A stretch of 64,000 nucleotides of DNA from a bacterium (GCA_963643345.1 CAVIJK010000003.1:484-64483), one strand, 5' to 3'; shown: positions 1-8,838, counted from the first letter of the stretch. Made by a program: numbers and translations. The notes: generated by a model from the letters alone, not told the origin.

Positions 1-849
1 GCTTTAAATTCAGTCTTTGCGGAATTATCCGCGATGCTGTTGTCTGAAGGATTGGCTACCATATTCCTTGGAATGTCCTTACGGTATTTCCAGTCGGTAT
101 GGGTCATTGCTGATTCATAAGGTTCGTTACCTTCACCAATGTGGGGTGCCTACGCCTTATGGCTTGGCGGATTTCCATCCGCTCTCCTCTTTTCAGTTAG
201 CTATGCTCTGGTAACCTTTTTCCAATATGTTGCCATATTAGATTTTGGGAGACCGTCCTCGCTGCGAGTATCGAGTGGAATGATCCCGGTCGGGACCAAT
301 CATTAGCTCGGCTCACTTTCCGCGTAGCTCTGCGGAAACGCTAACTGGTCAACAGCTCCATCTGATTATGCGTCTTTCTCAAATTTGTTGAGGAGCCAGC
401 ATTCAGGTGGGTTGCTCGCCTTGCGCCTGTTCCTCCTCTCGAAGGCCATGGGCTCTCTATGGGGCGAGATCCTATCTATTTCTAGTTAGGACACCATCCG
501 GTGGGGTCCGGGTTTTGAACAGGATCCCTATTGCTAGAGGTCCAGCCCTTACTCGTGACAGGTGGGTTCAAAGCGTTTCTCTTGATACTCTTCCTTTCAA
601 AGTTAGGGTAGTAAGCTCGTTTTAAGAACATTGTCATTGTTGGAGGAATCTATTTGGAACTATTTCTAGATCCGCCTATATCGCTCCAGCCAAGCGATTT
701 CTCACTTGGCCACCGGTAAGATGGTTTCATCTCAAGAGGGACTCCAACATCCATCCTCCTTGCAGATTCCGGTGTCTTCGCCTCAATTGAGCAATGATGT
801 CACAACCAGTGGTCACCTCTTTTTGGGGGGGCGCCTCACTTAGCTGTGG
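1..849 (-). ncRNA. Unclassified large GC-rich structured RNA or very long structured leader, partial (runs off the left edge)
   Basis: About 850 nt visibly GC-richer than the rest of the window, with no ORF above 72 codons in any frame. Nested hairpins include AATGAT-CCCGGTCGGG..ATCATT (279-304) and TTCCGC..GCGGAA (318-337). Two minus-strand CTA-GAAA-TAG tetraloop hairpins sit at 476-485 and 660-669. A minus-strand promoter at 856-884 points into the region. Confidence 0.45.
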
Positions 850-855
850 ACGATT

Positions 856-884
856 AATATAATAGCAGTGAACGGCTTATTCAA
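856..884 (-). promoter_or_regulatory. Sigma-A-type promoter reading leftwards into the GC-rich region
   Basis: On the minus strand: TTGAAT (884-879), 17-nt spacer, TATATT (861-856). It lies just downstream of the terminator of the 961-1209 gene. Confidence 0.45.
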
Positions 885-911
885 ATAGTTTTTTCTATTT
901 GCAACAAAAGG

Positions 912-944
912 GAACAAAGAAAAAAGGTCTTTTTTTAAGACCTT
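912..944 (-). terminator. Intrinsic terminator of the 961-1209 gene
   Basis: AAGGTCT/AGACCTT stem (924-930/938-944), followed on the minus strand by TTTTTCTTTG. Confidence 0.6.
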
Positions 945-960
945 ATCCAAATTAGCAGAT

Positions 961-1209
961 TTAATATAGGAAACTCCAATTGAGCGTCTTATATCCGATG
1001 CAGTAGACGAATATGGCGATTGCCGCTGATGTAAAGAGAATAGCAAACAATTTGCCTACCGCTTTCATCTTGAATATTTCAATAAAGAACTCAATAAAAG
1101 TGGCTCCCATCAATCCGTAAATAACATAGATTAGCCATGAATAGGCTGCTAACCATTCTAATTTATAGGCTGCGAACATCACAGCGCTTGCAATAACACC
1201 AAATATCAT
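961..1209 (-). CDS. Small hydrophobic membrane protein (82 aa, about 3 TM), function unknown
   Basis: ORF with three hydrophobic segments and its own terminator. No motif recognised. Confidence 0.55.
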   Translation of the reverse strand: MIFGVIASAVMFAAYKLEWLAAYSWLIYVIYGLMGATFIEFFIEIFKMKAVGKLFAILFTSAAIAIFVYCIGYKTLNWSFLY

Positions 1210-1379
1210 ATGCTCATATTATCCGATTAATTCAACGCATATTCGACTAGAAATTTTAATTTTTGTTATTTTTATTGATTAATCTACGTTTTCTGCTCAT
1301 TAAGAATTAAGGGGACAATATGTTTATACAAAAAAATGACAACAGCTTTTTTAAGTTGAAGGTGCAGTCAAACTAACCC

Positions 1380-1925
1380 TTATAAGTTGTTTCTCGTATA
1401 TTCAAGCCATCTCATAATGGCATCTTTTGGATTAACGAACATTTTTCTATGGCTGATGCAGAAGTACTTGAAATCAATGTTTTCTAATGTGCTGATTGTA
1501 TTATCAAGTATTTGTCTATTGAACCCTTTATCCGACGGGTATAGCGCATCACCAACAAAAAGATAACCGTGGTACAAAAGGGCGATACAGCCTTTGCAAT
1601 GTGAAGACGGAATCGGAATCAATTTAATGTTGCCAAGGCTAATCGGTTCTTTAACGATTGTGCCGGTTTTAAATTTCTTTATCGTCTCTTTCGATGCGTA
1701 GAGTTCATCGTAAGTAATTCGTGATAAATTGTGCGTGTGATCCCTGTGAAAGTGGGAGAGAATTATCACTTTTTTCCCTTCGGTTTCCTGTATTCTTAGG
1801 TAGGCTTCCTCACATTCTCCTACATCAAAGATGTAAGTTGTGCCATTTTCTTTGATGAAAACGACATCCGCCGATAAAGGCTTATCGCTGGCTTCTAGGG
1901 TTACAATGTTATCTGCAATCTGCAT
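1380..1925 (-). CDS. MBL-fold metallo-hydrolase (short, 181 aa)
   Basis: HFHRDH (HxHxDH) metal-binding motif plus downstream His/Asp ligands. Confidence 0.75.
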   Translation of the reverse strand: MQIADNIVTLEASDKPLSADVVFIKENGTTYIFDVGECEEAYLRIQETEGKKVIILSHFHRDHTHNLSRITYDELYASKETIKKFKTGTIVKEPISLGNIKLIPIPSSHCKGCIALLYHGYLFVGDALYPSDKGFNRQILDNTISTLENIDFKYFCISHRKMFVNPKDAIMRWLEYTRNNL

Positions 1926-1978
1926 GGCTAAATTCTATCAAAAATAGACTCATTTGTCGCACGTGTACGCAAAAAAGA

Positions 1979-2007
1979 TTGCGTGCGTATGCTTAAGCAC
2001 GTAAAAT
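1979..2007 (+). promoter_or_regulatory. Sigma-A-type promoter for riboswitch 1 and the 2169 gene
   Basis: TTGCGT (1979-1984), 17-nt spacer, TAAAAT (2002-2007). The spacer contains GCGTATGC. Confidence 0.5.
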
Positions 2008-2009
2008 AA

Positions 2010-2092
2010 TCGATGTCTAATGGCAAAACTAGAGAAATCTAGCGACGCAAAGCTACAGGGTCTAGCAATAGATAGCCAGTTACCGAATGAAG
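2010..2092 (+). promoter_or_regulatory. c-di-GMP-I (GEMM-I) riboswitch aptamer, copy 1
   Basis: GGCAAAA, then CTAGA-GAAA-TCTAG (GNRA hairpin), then GACGCAAAGC, GGGTCTA-GCAA-TAGAT, AGCCAGTTACCGAATG. This matches the conserved GEMM-I core (GCAAA / ACGCAAAGC / GGGUC / AGCC..UUACCGA) of the V. cholerae Vc2 type. Confidence 0.85.
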
Positions 2093-2118
2093 TGTCTGGT
2101 GATTGGAATTAACACCAG

Positions 2119-2146
2119 GCGGCATTCCCAATTTATGCCGCTTTTA
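2119..2146 (+). terminator. Candidate expression-platform terminator of riboswitch 1
   Basis: GCGGCAT..ATGCCGC stem followed by TTTT. An overlapping alternative hairpin GCCGC..GCGGC runs into the GGAGG RBS at 2158-2162. Confidence 0.5.
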
Positions 2147-2168
2147 AAATAAGCGGCGGAGGTAATTT

Positions 2169-5100
2169 ATGAACTCAACAACACAAACAAAACGCAGCAT
2201 CCAAGATGAGCTTAAAATATTCAAAATAATCTTACTATCAACCTTAGGGGCGTCGATCGTATTCACCGTCGCGCTAATCCTTGTGGCTGTTTTGACCAAA
2301 CTCATCGCTCTCGACATCGTCTTAGGCGTTTTGTCTGCTGCATGCATTGCCACAACCATGGTGTTCTTGATTCTATTCCTCAAGAAAACCAAGCAGAATG
2401 TGTTCGACCCATTATTTGACGTCACAACCAACAATTTGGAAAAAATCACAAAGAACGATTACGTTTTAGATAACTATGGCAATTCTAATTTCGCTGAATT
2501 CGATCAATTAAATGATACGGTCAAAAGAGTTAATGAAAGATACAACACCTTGATTGTCACATCAACCCTTAGCAATTTTGATGAAATCGGATTGACGAAG
2601 GATTCTGCATATGACAATAAGACCATCACATCTGAATCATTCTTCAACAATATCCCGTCATTGATTAATGTTGCGAAGGTTTTTAGAAACGCATTCGTCT
2701 CTTTTGTTTACGAGACAAAAGAAAATGATTTAACACACAATGATATGTCTAAATTGGTGGATATTATTGCTGATGTTTTTAGCGATAATAATCCGGTTAT
2801 CTGCGTCGATTCCGCAAACTCAATCATCTTATTCGTCCCAAATATCGATTCAATTTCCATCTTAAAAGAGAAACTCTCTTACGTTCAAAAGAAGTCCATC
2901 GTTGCTAGATTCTCCGATAGGAGCACTCAAGTTCTCCCATTGAAAGCCTCTGCTGCCATCTACCCATATTCATCAATGGATTCAGTAATCACCGATTTGC
3001 GTTATGCAGAACGTAGAGGCGAAGATATTAACATCTACCTTCCTGATAGAAGCAATGACGCCAACTCGCTCTCAACAGACGCTAAGCGCATCAATGATTC
3101 TGCCGAAGTAATGGAAAGACTTAATGCCGCGTTCACAAAGAAAGGCAACGTTGAAGCCTATAGAAAAGATATATTGGATTGTGCAACTGATTTATCCGAA
3201 TTCCTTGGGTTTGAGGGTATGTCGGTTATCGTCTATAACGAAGCTTCAGGCGACGCTGAGCAATTCTACTCTCACACGGTTGACCCAAATAGGTCATTTG
3301 GCGTTGGATATGATGCTAAAGAATTCTTGGCTGAACTTGCAAAATGCGCCGATAAAGATGGCTCCTTTGCCTTCTTTGATAGAAAGGACGTCACAACCCC
3401 AATAGGATCTTACTTAGATATTTATGGGGTTAAATCAGGTTATTTAGCGCTTATGTATAATAACGGTGCTATATATGGCGCCCTCTTGTTTGTCAATTTT
3501 GATAAGAAACTTGTCATTGACGCTCAGACTATGCAGGCAATCGTGGTCTTCACCAACATGTTCGCCTCATCCTTAAAGGAACTCTATAACAGAACTGCAA
3601 TCGAGGGCGCTAATTCTAGACTGGAGTCTTTGCTTCTTTATACAAATTATCAAACGTACACTGTTAACAAGAACAATTACACAATCGTTTCATCTTCGCG
3701 TTCAATCGCATCCATCAAAGAAGGCGAAGAGAACGTTAAATGTCATAAAGCCATCTACGGTTTAGACACACCATGCGAAGACTGCCCTCTTAGAACAAGC
3801 AAGAGAAAAAGAGTCGCGCTTGATAATAAGAACTATTCATATCACACCATCATCTCCAATAAAGAAAACAGGGATAACGCCACCTTCTTCCTCGAACCAA
3901 TCGATAGAAGAAACATCGCAAGAGAAAGATTTGATTCAGAGACAAAACTCGCCTCCTCTTATATGTTTGCTATCCGTTTGTGCGATAAGTGGAACTGCAA
4001 TCTCAAAGGCAACCTTGTCTTGATCAATATCGCCAACTACCATGATTTGATCTCTGCAGTTGGCGAACCGGAAATCAACCAATATTACAGAAACGTTGCA
4101 GACGCCTTATCTTCCCTTAAGTTAACTAGCGACGAAATCTTCCAGTACAATTCCTCGACTATTGCAATCATATTGAATGAATCAACGCGTAATGAGGTCT
4201 TTAGGGCCATTGAGATGATTGAAAAGGCCTACGAGACAAAGATTGGCAACTCAATCAAAGATTTCAAGGTTGAAAAATCGTACCGCGTATTCACATACCC
4301 ATTAACATTTGCGACGAGCTTTGATTTCATCCGTTCTATTGAGACTTATTTCAACTCCAATAACACAGATGGTGACAATAACCTCCATATCGTTGGAACA
4401 GATATCATCAGGCCTGCAAGCCGTGAAGACTATATCCTCTCGCTTCTTAACAAGGCTTTTGTCGACAAGAACTTTGATTTACGTATCCAGCCGATCGTTT
4501 CTAAAGAATCCGGCATCATCTCTGGCGGCGAAGCTCTATTGAGACTTAAGGATGAATTAACAAACACATTCTTTGACGCAGGAGAGTTCATCCCTGTTGC
4601 AGTTAAAGCTAACTCGATGAACAAATTCACAAACATCTTCATCGAGCAAATCGGACGTATTTATAAGATGTATGGCGCGACAGTCTTTAGAACCGGTTTC
4701 CTTGACAAGATCAACCTCAACGTTGACTCTTCCTACTTTAAGGATCCTCAGTTCCTTGATGATTTGGCTAAAGCTTTTATCGAATATAACTTCCAGAAGG
4801 GCTTCATCACATTCGAATTCAATGAGAGTGATATCGCCGACAACAAGGAGCTTATCAAAGAGTCAATGCACAAGATCAAAGAGCTCAACATCACAACTGT
4901 CTGTGACCAGTTTACCGGCAAATATATGACAATCGAGGCATTGTCGCGTCTTGGATTCTCCGAGGTTAAGATTGCCCGTAGCCTTGTTATGGAAATGGAC
5001 ACTAACCCAAATAGACTCAATGAAATCAAATCACTCTTGCAGCTTGCTAGAACATTCAACATTAAAACGACTTTGGTCGGTGTTGAAAGAAGAGAGCAGG

Positions 5101-5234
5101 TCAACCTCGTCATGGAAGAAGAGGGAATCACCAACTTCGAAGGCTGGTATTTCTTCAAACCTCTTGAAATCGACGAATTCTTGGCGTTGCTCCGTAACTC
5201 CAGCGGCAAGTCATTCCTTGGAAACAAGAAATAA
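2169..5234 (+). CDS. Multidomain membrane c-di-GMP signalling protein with degenerate C-terminal EAL domain (1021 aa)
   Basis: Two N-terminal TM segments and a long sensory/degenerate region with a Cys cluster (KCHKAIYGLDTPCEDCP). The C-terminal EAL fold has EALLR and EFNE. DDFGxGY is replaced by DQFTGKY, KxD by KIA, EGVE by VGVE, and QG by EG. Confidence 0.8.
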   Translation: MNSTTQTKRSIQDELKIFKIILLSTLGASIVFTVALILVAVLTKLIALDIVLGVLSAACIATTMVFLILFLKKTKQNVFDPLFDVTTNNLEKITKNDYVLDNYGNSNFAEFDQLNDTVKRVNERYNTLIVTSTLSNFDEIGLTKDSAYDNKTITSESFFNNIPSLINVAKVFRNAFVSFVYETKENDLTHNDMSKLVDIIADVFSDNNPVICVDSANSIILFVPNIDSISILKEKLSYVQKKSIVARFSDRSTQVLPLKASAAIYPYSSMDSVITDLRYAERRGEDINIYLPDRSNDANSLSTDAKRINDSAEVMERLNAAFTKKGNVEAYRKDILDCATDLSEFLGFEGMSVIVYNEASGDAEQFYSHTVDPNRSFGVGYDAKEFLAELAKCADKDGSFAFFDRKDVTTPIGSYLDIYGVKSGYLALMYNNGAIYGALLFVNFDKKLVIDAQTMQAIVVFTNMFASSLKELYNRTAIEGANSRLESLLLYTNYQTYTVNKNNYTIVSSSRSIASIKEGEENVKCHKAIYGLDTPCEDCPLRTSKRKRVALDNKNYSYHTIISNKENRDNATFFLEPIDRRNIARERFDSETKLASSYMFAIRLCDKWNCNLKGNLVLINIANYHDLISAVGEPEINQYYRNVADALSSLKLTSDEIFQYNSSTIAIILNESTRNEVFRAIEMIEKAYETKIGNSIKDFKVEKSYRVFTYPLTFATSFDFIRSIETYFNSNNTDGDNNLHIVGTDIIRPASREDYILSLLNKAFVDKNFDLRIQPIVSKESGIISGGEALLRLKDELTNTFFDAGEFIPVAVKANSMNKFTNIFIEQIGRIYKMYGATVFRTGFLDKINLNVDSSYFKDPQFLDDLAKAFIEYNFQKGFITFEFNESDIADNKELIKESMHKIKELNITTVCDQFTGKYMTIEALSRLGFSEVKIARSLVMEMDTNPNRLNEIKSLLQLARTFNIKTTLVGVERREQVNLVMEEEGITNFEGWYFFKPLEIDEFLALLRNSSGKSFLGNKK

Positions 5235-5272
5235 CATCAACTTTTAAATTCTATCAGTAGCGAGGTAATTAT

Positions 5273-7699
5273 ATGGCAAAAGAAGGCGATTCCATCCTTA
5301 GATTGGACATCGATGTCAGAAGCAAAACCGTCATTAGATCAAGCGTTCGTGGTGACAACACCATGCCTTTTAAATCTTTCTTCCTCCGCTATATGTCCGC
5401 TGAACCGTTCACCTCATTAGATGAAAATTTCACCTTCGAAGTGATTGATTCGTATATTAGCGCTAAAGAAAACCAAGTGGCCATTTTCCCATACGATGAT
5501 AAGAATGGTGCATTGGTGTTTACATTTATCTGGATGAAAGAGAAACCGGATATGTTGTTCATCAACGTAACCGAGTTGAATTCAAAAGTTCTTGGTACAT
5601 CCCTCCATTCAATCGATTCGTTGACCGGCTTATATGCCCGTTCACATATGGTTTCATTGATCAGTTCCCATATCAAGAAACATAAGCCTTTCAACAAATG
5701 TGGTTTCGTCCTCATTGACATCAATAACTTCAAACACATTAATGATTCTTATGGACATCAGGTTGGTGACCAATGTCTAAGGGCGTTTGCCTCTAAATTG
5801 CGAGAAACCACCAAAAACGGCATTGTCGGAAGATATGGCGGAGACGAATTCATCATATTTGTCGATGATACTAATGAACAGGATTTGGCTGAACTTGCCA
5901 AGAGTATCCTCACAACCGATGTCGTTGTTAAAGTTGGTCACAAAAACGTCGCCATCACATGCTGCTGCGGTATCAGCATAATGAATTATTCTGCAGCGGA
6001 GTTCGGAATCCTTTTGCAGCAAGCGGATAAATCGTTGAAACTCGCTAAAGGAAACGACAAGAAGGAAGCCTATATGGATTCTAAGCTCGTCGCCAAAATC
6101 AACTCCAAGGTCGCCATTACCGCAGATGTCGAAAGAGAAAAATCACATAAACCTAAATTATTTAAGGATGAGATTAAAGGCCTTAAAATAAAGTATGGCC
6201 TAATTGGGTTGCTACTGAGTCTGCTATTTGTTGGGATTGCCGCTTTCCTCGTCTATATTTTCTTCATTCTTTATCCAAAAGAGATTCATCAGATATATCT
6301 CGAGAAGCCTTTGCTCCACGCTTTTATTCACGGTACGGTCGGCATAGTTTTGTTCTTTGCCTTTTTAAGCGTTTTCTTCTCAATAAAGATTTCTTCTTCA
6401 AAAATCAAGGCGACTCAGAACAAATACTTGGATTCGTGGACTGGAGGCATCAATATCGATAGATTTTTAATCGACGCCCCAAGAATGGTCAGGAACAGCA
6501 AGCAATACGCCTTAGTGCAGTTCAACATCATCGGCTATAAGACGATCCTTGATTATATCGGCAAAGAGAAATCAGATTTACTCATCATCGGCGTCTATAA
6601 CACGATCACGGGATGCCTAAATTCAAAAGAGGAACTTGCTGCAAGAAATTACGGAGATAGATTTGTCGCCATTATAAAAGGCGAGAACTATGATGAGATC
6701 GTTGAAAGGGTTAAAGATATCAAGACTAACGTTGAAACATATGTATCTTTAACGTATTCCATAACAATCAATGTCGTCATCGGCGTTTATTATCCAGAGA
6801 AAGAAATAGTGGATTTTGATTCCGCGATATCTCGCTCGGATTTAGCCTTATCTCATATTGATAGAGAATTCCTGATTCAGCCAATCATACGTTATCAGGA
6901 TGAGATGTTACTCAAAGAAGTTTCTGAAACTGACTTCTTCAATAAGGCTAAGCGTGCGATGTACGACGGAAATTTCGGCGTTGTTTACCAAGGCAAGAAG
7001 GATTTGATCAAAAATGTCTGGACTGGATGCGAAGCCCTTCTAAGATGGAACGATCCTTCAAGCGGCGAATTTAGCGATGCGGAAATCATACCTTTGCTTG
7101 AAAAGAATGGATTAATCATTGATCTGGATATACTCGTGTTTAAAACCGCGATTGAAGATATGGCTAAAGTCAAGAAGAATGGATTGAAGGTCGTACCGAT
7201 TTCCGTAAACGTATCCGCGAGGCATATGGCTAAATCCGATTGGCTTGATGATTACAAGAAGATTATCAAAGATAATGGGATTGATGCCGGATGTATAGAA
7301 TTCGAATTCACAGAAGCTGCATTTAGAGCCTCAGAGAAGTCCGTTTCCGACTCAATTGAACAAATACATAAAATGGGCGCGAAAGTGGCTCTAGACGACT
7401 TTGGGAAGGGCTACAGCTCACTTAATGTATTAAGAACTCTTAAGTTTGATACAGTCAAGCTCGATGGTTCCTATTTCATGGGTCAAAACGGCCTAGATGA
7501 TTCAACTAAGAAATTTATTAGGCATTTGGTTGATCTTTGTAAAGATCTAGGCAAGACGGTCGTATTTGAGAAGGTCGATTCTAGAGAGATAGCGGACGCA
7601 TTGAAGTTGTGTGGTATCACCAATGTCCAGGGGTTCTTCTACTGTAAACCTCAGCCAATCGATGAGATGACTAAATTGCTCAAGAACGCAAATAAATAA
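5273..7699 (+). CDS. GGDEF / TM / degenerate-GGDEF / EAL protein (808 aa), bifunctional-type c-di-GMP enzyme
   Basis: LIDINNFKHINDSYGHQVGD...GRYGGDEFIIFV is an intact GGDEF. Central TM hairpins are followed by a second GGDEF-like domain with YGDRF. The EAL domain has EALLR, SVNVS, EFTE, DDFGKGYSS, KLD, EKVD and QGFF. Confidence 0.88.
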   Translation: MAKEGDSILRLDIDVRSKTVIRSSVRGDNTMPFKSFFLRYMSAEPFTSLDENFTFEVIDSYISAKENQVAIFPYDDKNGALVFTFIWMKEKPDMLFINVTELNSKVLGTSLHSIDSLTGLYARSHMVSLISSHIKKHKPFNKCGFVLIDINNFKHINDSYGHQVGDQCLRAFASKLRETTKNGIVGRYGGDEFIIFVDDTNEQDLAELAKSILTTDVVVKVGHKNVAITCCCGISIMNYSAAEFGILLQQADKSLKLAKGNDKKEAYMDSKLVAKINSKVAITADVEREKSHKPKLFKDEIKGLKIKYGLIGLLLSLLFVGIAAFLVYIFFILYPKEIHQIYLEKPLLHAFIHGTVGIVLFFAFLSVFFSIKISSSKIKATQNKYLDSWTGGINIDRFLIDAPRMVRNSKQYALVQFNIIGYKTILDYIGKEKSDLLIIGVYNTITGCLNSKEELAARNYGDRFVAIIKGENYDEIVERVKDIKTNVETYVSLTYSITINVVIGVYYPEKEIVDFDSAISRSDLALSHIDREFLIQPIIRYQDEMLLKEVSETDFFNKAKRAMYDGNFGVVYQGKKDLIKNVWTGCEALLRWNDPSSGEFSDAEIIPLLEKNGLIIDLDILVFKTAIEDMAKVKKNGLKVVPISVNVSARHMAKSDWLDDYKKIIKDNGIDAGCIEFEFTEAAFRASEKSVSDSIEQIHKMGAKVALDDFGKGYSSLNVLRTLKFDTVKLDGSYFMGQNGLDDSTKKFIRHLVDLCKDLGKTVVFEKVDSREIADALKLCGITNVQGFFYCKPQPIDEMTKLLKNANK

Positions 7700-7708
7700 T
7701 CAAGAATT

Positions 7709-7739
7709 TGCCATCATATAATTGATGGCATTTTCTTTT
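7709..7739 (+). terminator. Intrinsic terminator after the GGDEF-EAL gene
   Basis: TGCCATCA..TGATGGCA stem followed by TTTTCTTTT. Confidence 0.7.
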
Positions 7740-8242
7740 GTTAGATATAAGCCTTTTGCTAAACTTGTACCGATTTTATTGCATATTTTCTTCACTTAAA
7801 AATTCATTTTCCCTGATGATGTTAAAATTTCTTTTATTTATTTTCTATATTAACGCACGTACGCATGCGTGCGCGAGTGTGTTAAATGCGAACGATATTC
7901 CGCATACGACACACGCATTTAAGGATAAACAAAGTGCCTATTTGAATTATATACGGTCGATTTGAAATTGTTGGTTTTCAATTTGTTAAAAAATCGGATC
8001 AGCGACATCACACATTAAACTATTTTTCGTAAATGTCTTTGGTTTGCATTTTATGTTTTTTTAAACAAGTGTTTGCCTAACAGTTCCATATCCCAACCAC
8101 CCTTTATTTGAATATACTGAAACACTTTTCTTGCCGTGAATACACTCGCAGTTTATGTAAAACGGCATTTTCAAAAAACCATTTTGCAATTTAGGTATTT
8201 ATTTTTTCGACTAACATTATTAAAATTTCAAATGGTTAGCAG

Positions 8243-8614
8243 ATGGAAAATTTATCTAAATCTAAAAAAATCATATACGGAGTGTTGTTTGGTCTTGATG
8301 TTGCACTAACGATATTCTTTCTTGTGGTTTCCATTGTGATGTTGGCAACAATGCCTTCATCGGCGGATGTAATGCTTGGCAATTACCAAAAGAATTTTAT
8401 TGGATGGTTTCAACAAAATCCAACATGGTTCTTAGTTATCGTTGTCATCCCTCTTATCCTTTTGTTCATCGTTAATATTGTTGTTCTTGTGAAATGCGTG
8501 AAATCAGGCAACACAAAAAAGAAAGTTGCTTTGAATGATCTCTCGGAAGAGGATAAGGCAAAACTTAGAGAGGCACTTATGAAAGACCTCTCTGGTGGAG
8601 ATAAGAAAGAGTAA
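8243..8614 (+). CDS. Small 2-TM membrane protein with charged C-terminal tail (123 aa)
   Basis: ORF with two hydrophobic helices, followed by a probable hairpin terminator at about 8607-8637. No motif recognised. Confidence 0.6.
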   Translation: MENLSKSKKIIYGVLFGLDVALTIFFLVVSIVMLATMPSSADVMLGNYQKNFIGWFQQNPTWFLVIVVIPLILLFIVNIVVLVKCVKSGNTKKKVALNDLSEEDKAKLREALMKDLSGGDKKE

Positions 8615-8670
8615 GGGCTTCGGCTCTTTTCTTTTGTGATGTACTTCTCATACGTGCATAAAATAAGCGC

Positions 8671-8699
8671 TTGCACTCGCGTATGCATAGGCGTATATT
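8671..8699 (+). promoter_or_regulatory. Sigma-A-type promoter of the TasA-like gene at 8839
   Basis: TTGCAC (8671-8676), 17-nt spacer, TATATT (8694-8699). The spacer again contains GCGTATGC (8679-8686). Confidence 0.5.
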
Positions 8700-8838
8700 A
8701 ATGTTGTCTCACTTCCGAAAGGATTATTGTCCAAGTGATTCTTAGGAGAGATAGACACTATCAATTAACAGCCAACCAGACTAGTGCAATAGCTGATAGG
8801 TTGTTCCATTCTTATCGCAAGAAAAGGAAATTAAAACA

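Noticed and set aside
17-625. Track ORFs 17-214 (+) and 407-625 (+) inside the GC-rich left-end region
   Set aside because: They are short, Cys/Arg/Pro-rich translations typical of random frames in GC-rich structured RNA, with no RBS. The region is better explained as non-coding RNA.
1-849. Left-end region as rRNA, tmRNA, RNase P RNA, SRP RNA or a T-box leader
   Set aside because: I could not find the invariant strings I know for these: 16S/23S termini, GAGGAAAGUCC with its P4 partner, GGAAGCAGC, tmRNA tRNA-like ends, or GGUGGUACCGCG. A group II intron 5' part is not excluded but is unsupported, since no GUGYG start and no domain V lie in the window.
840-1046. 68-aa minus-strand ORF overlapping the 961-1209 gene, its terminator and the promoter
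   Set aside because: It overlaps a better-supported CDS in another frame and spans terminator and promoter elements, so it is likely spurious.
2144-2449. 101-aa minus-strand ORF antisense to the start of the 2169 gene
   Set aside because: It is an antisense shadow of a strongly supported long CDS and overlaps the riboswitch terminator.
7738-7965. 75-aa ORF in the 540-nt AT-rich spacer
   Set aside because: Low-complexity F/L/I/S translation of AT-rich DNA that runs through the GC-rich palindrome block, with no RBS.
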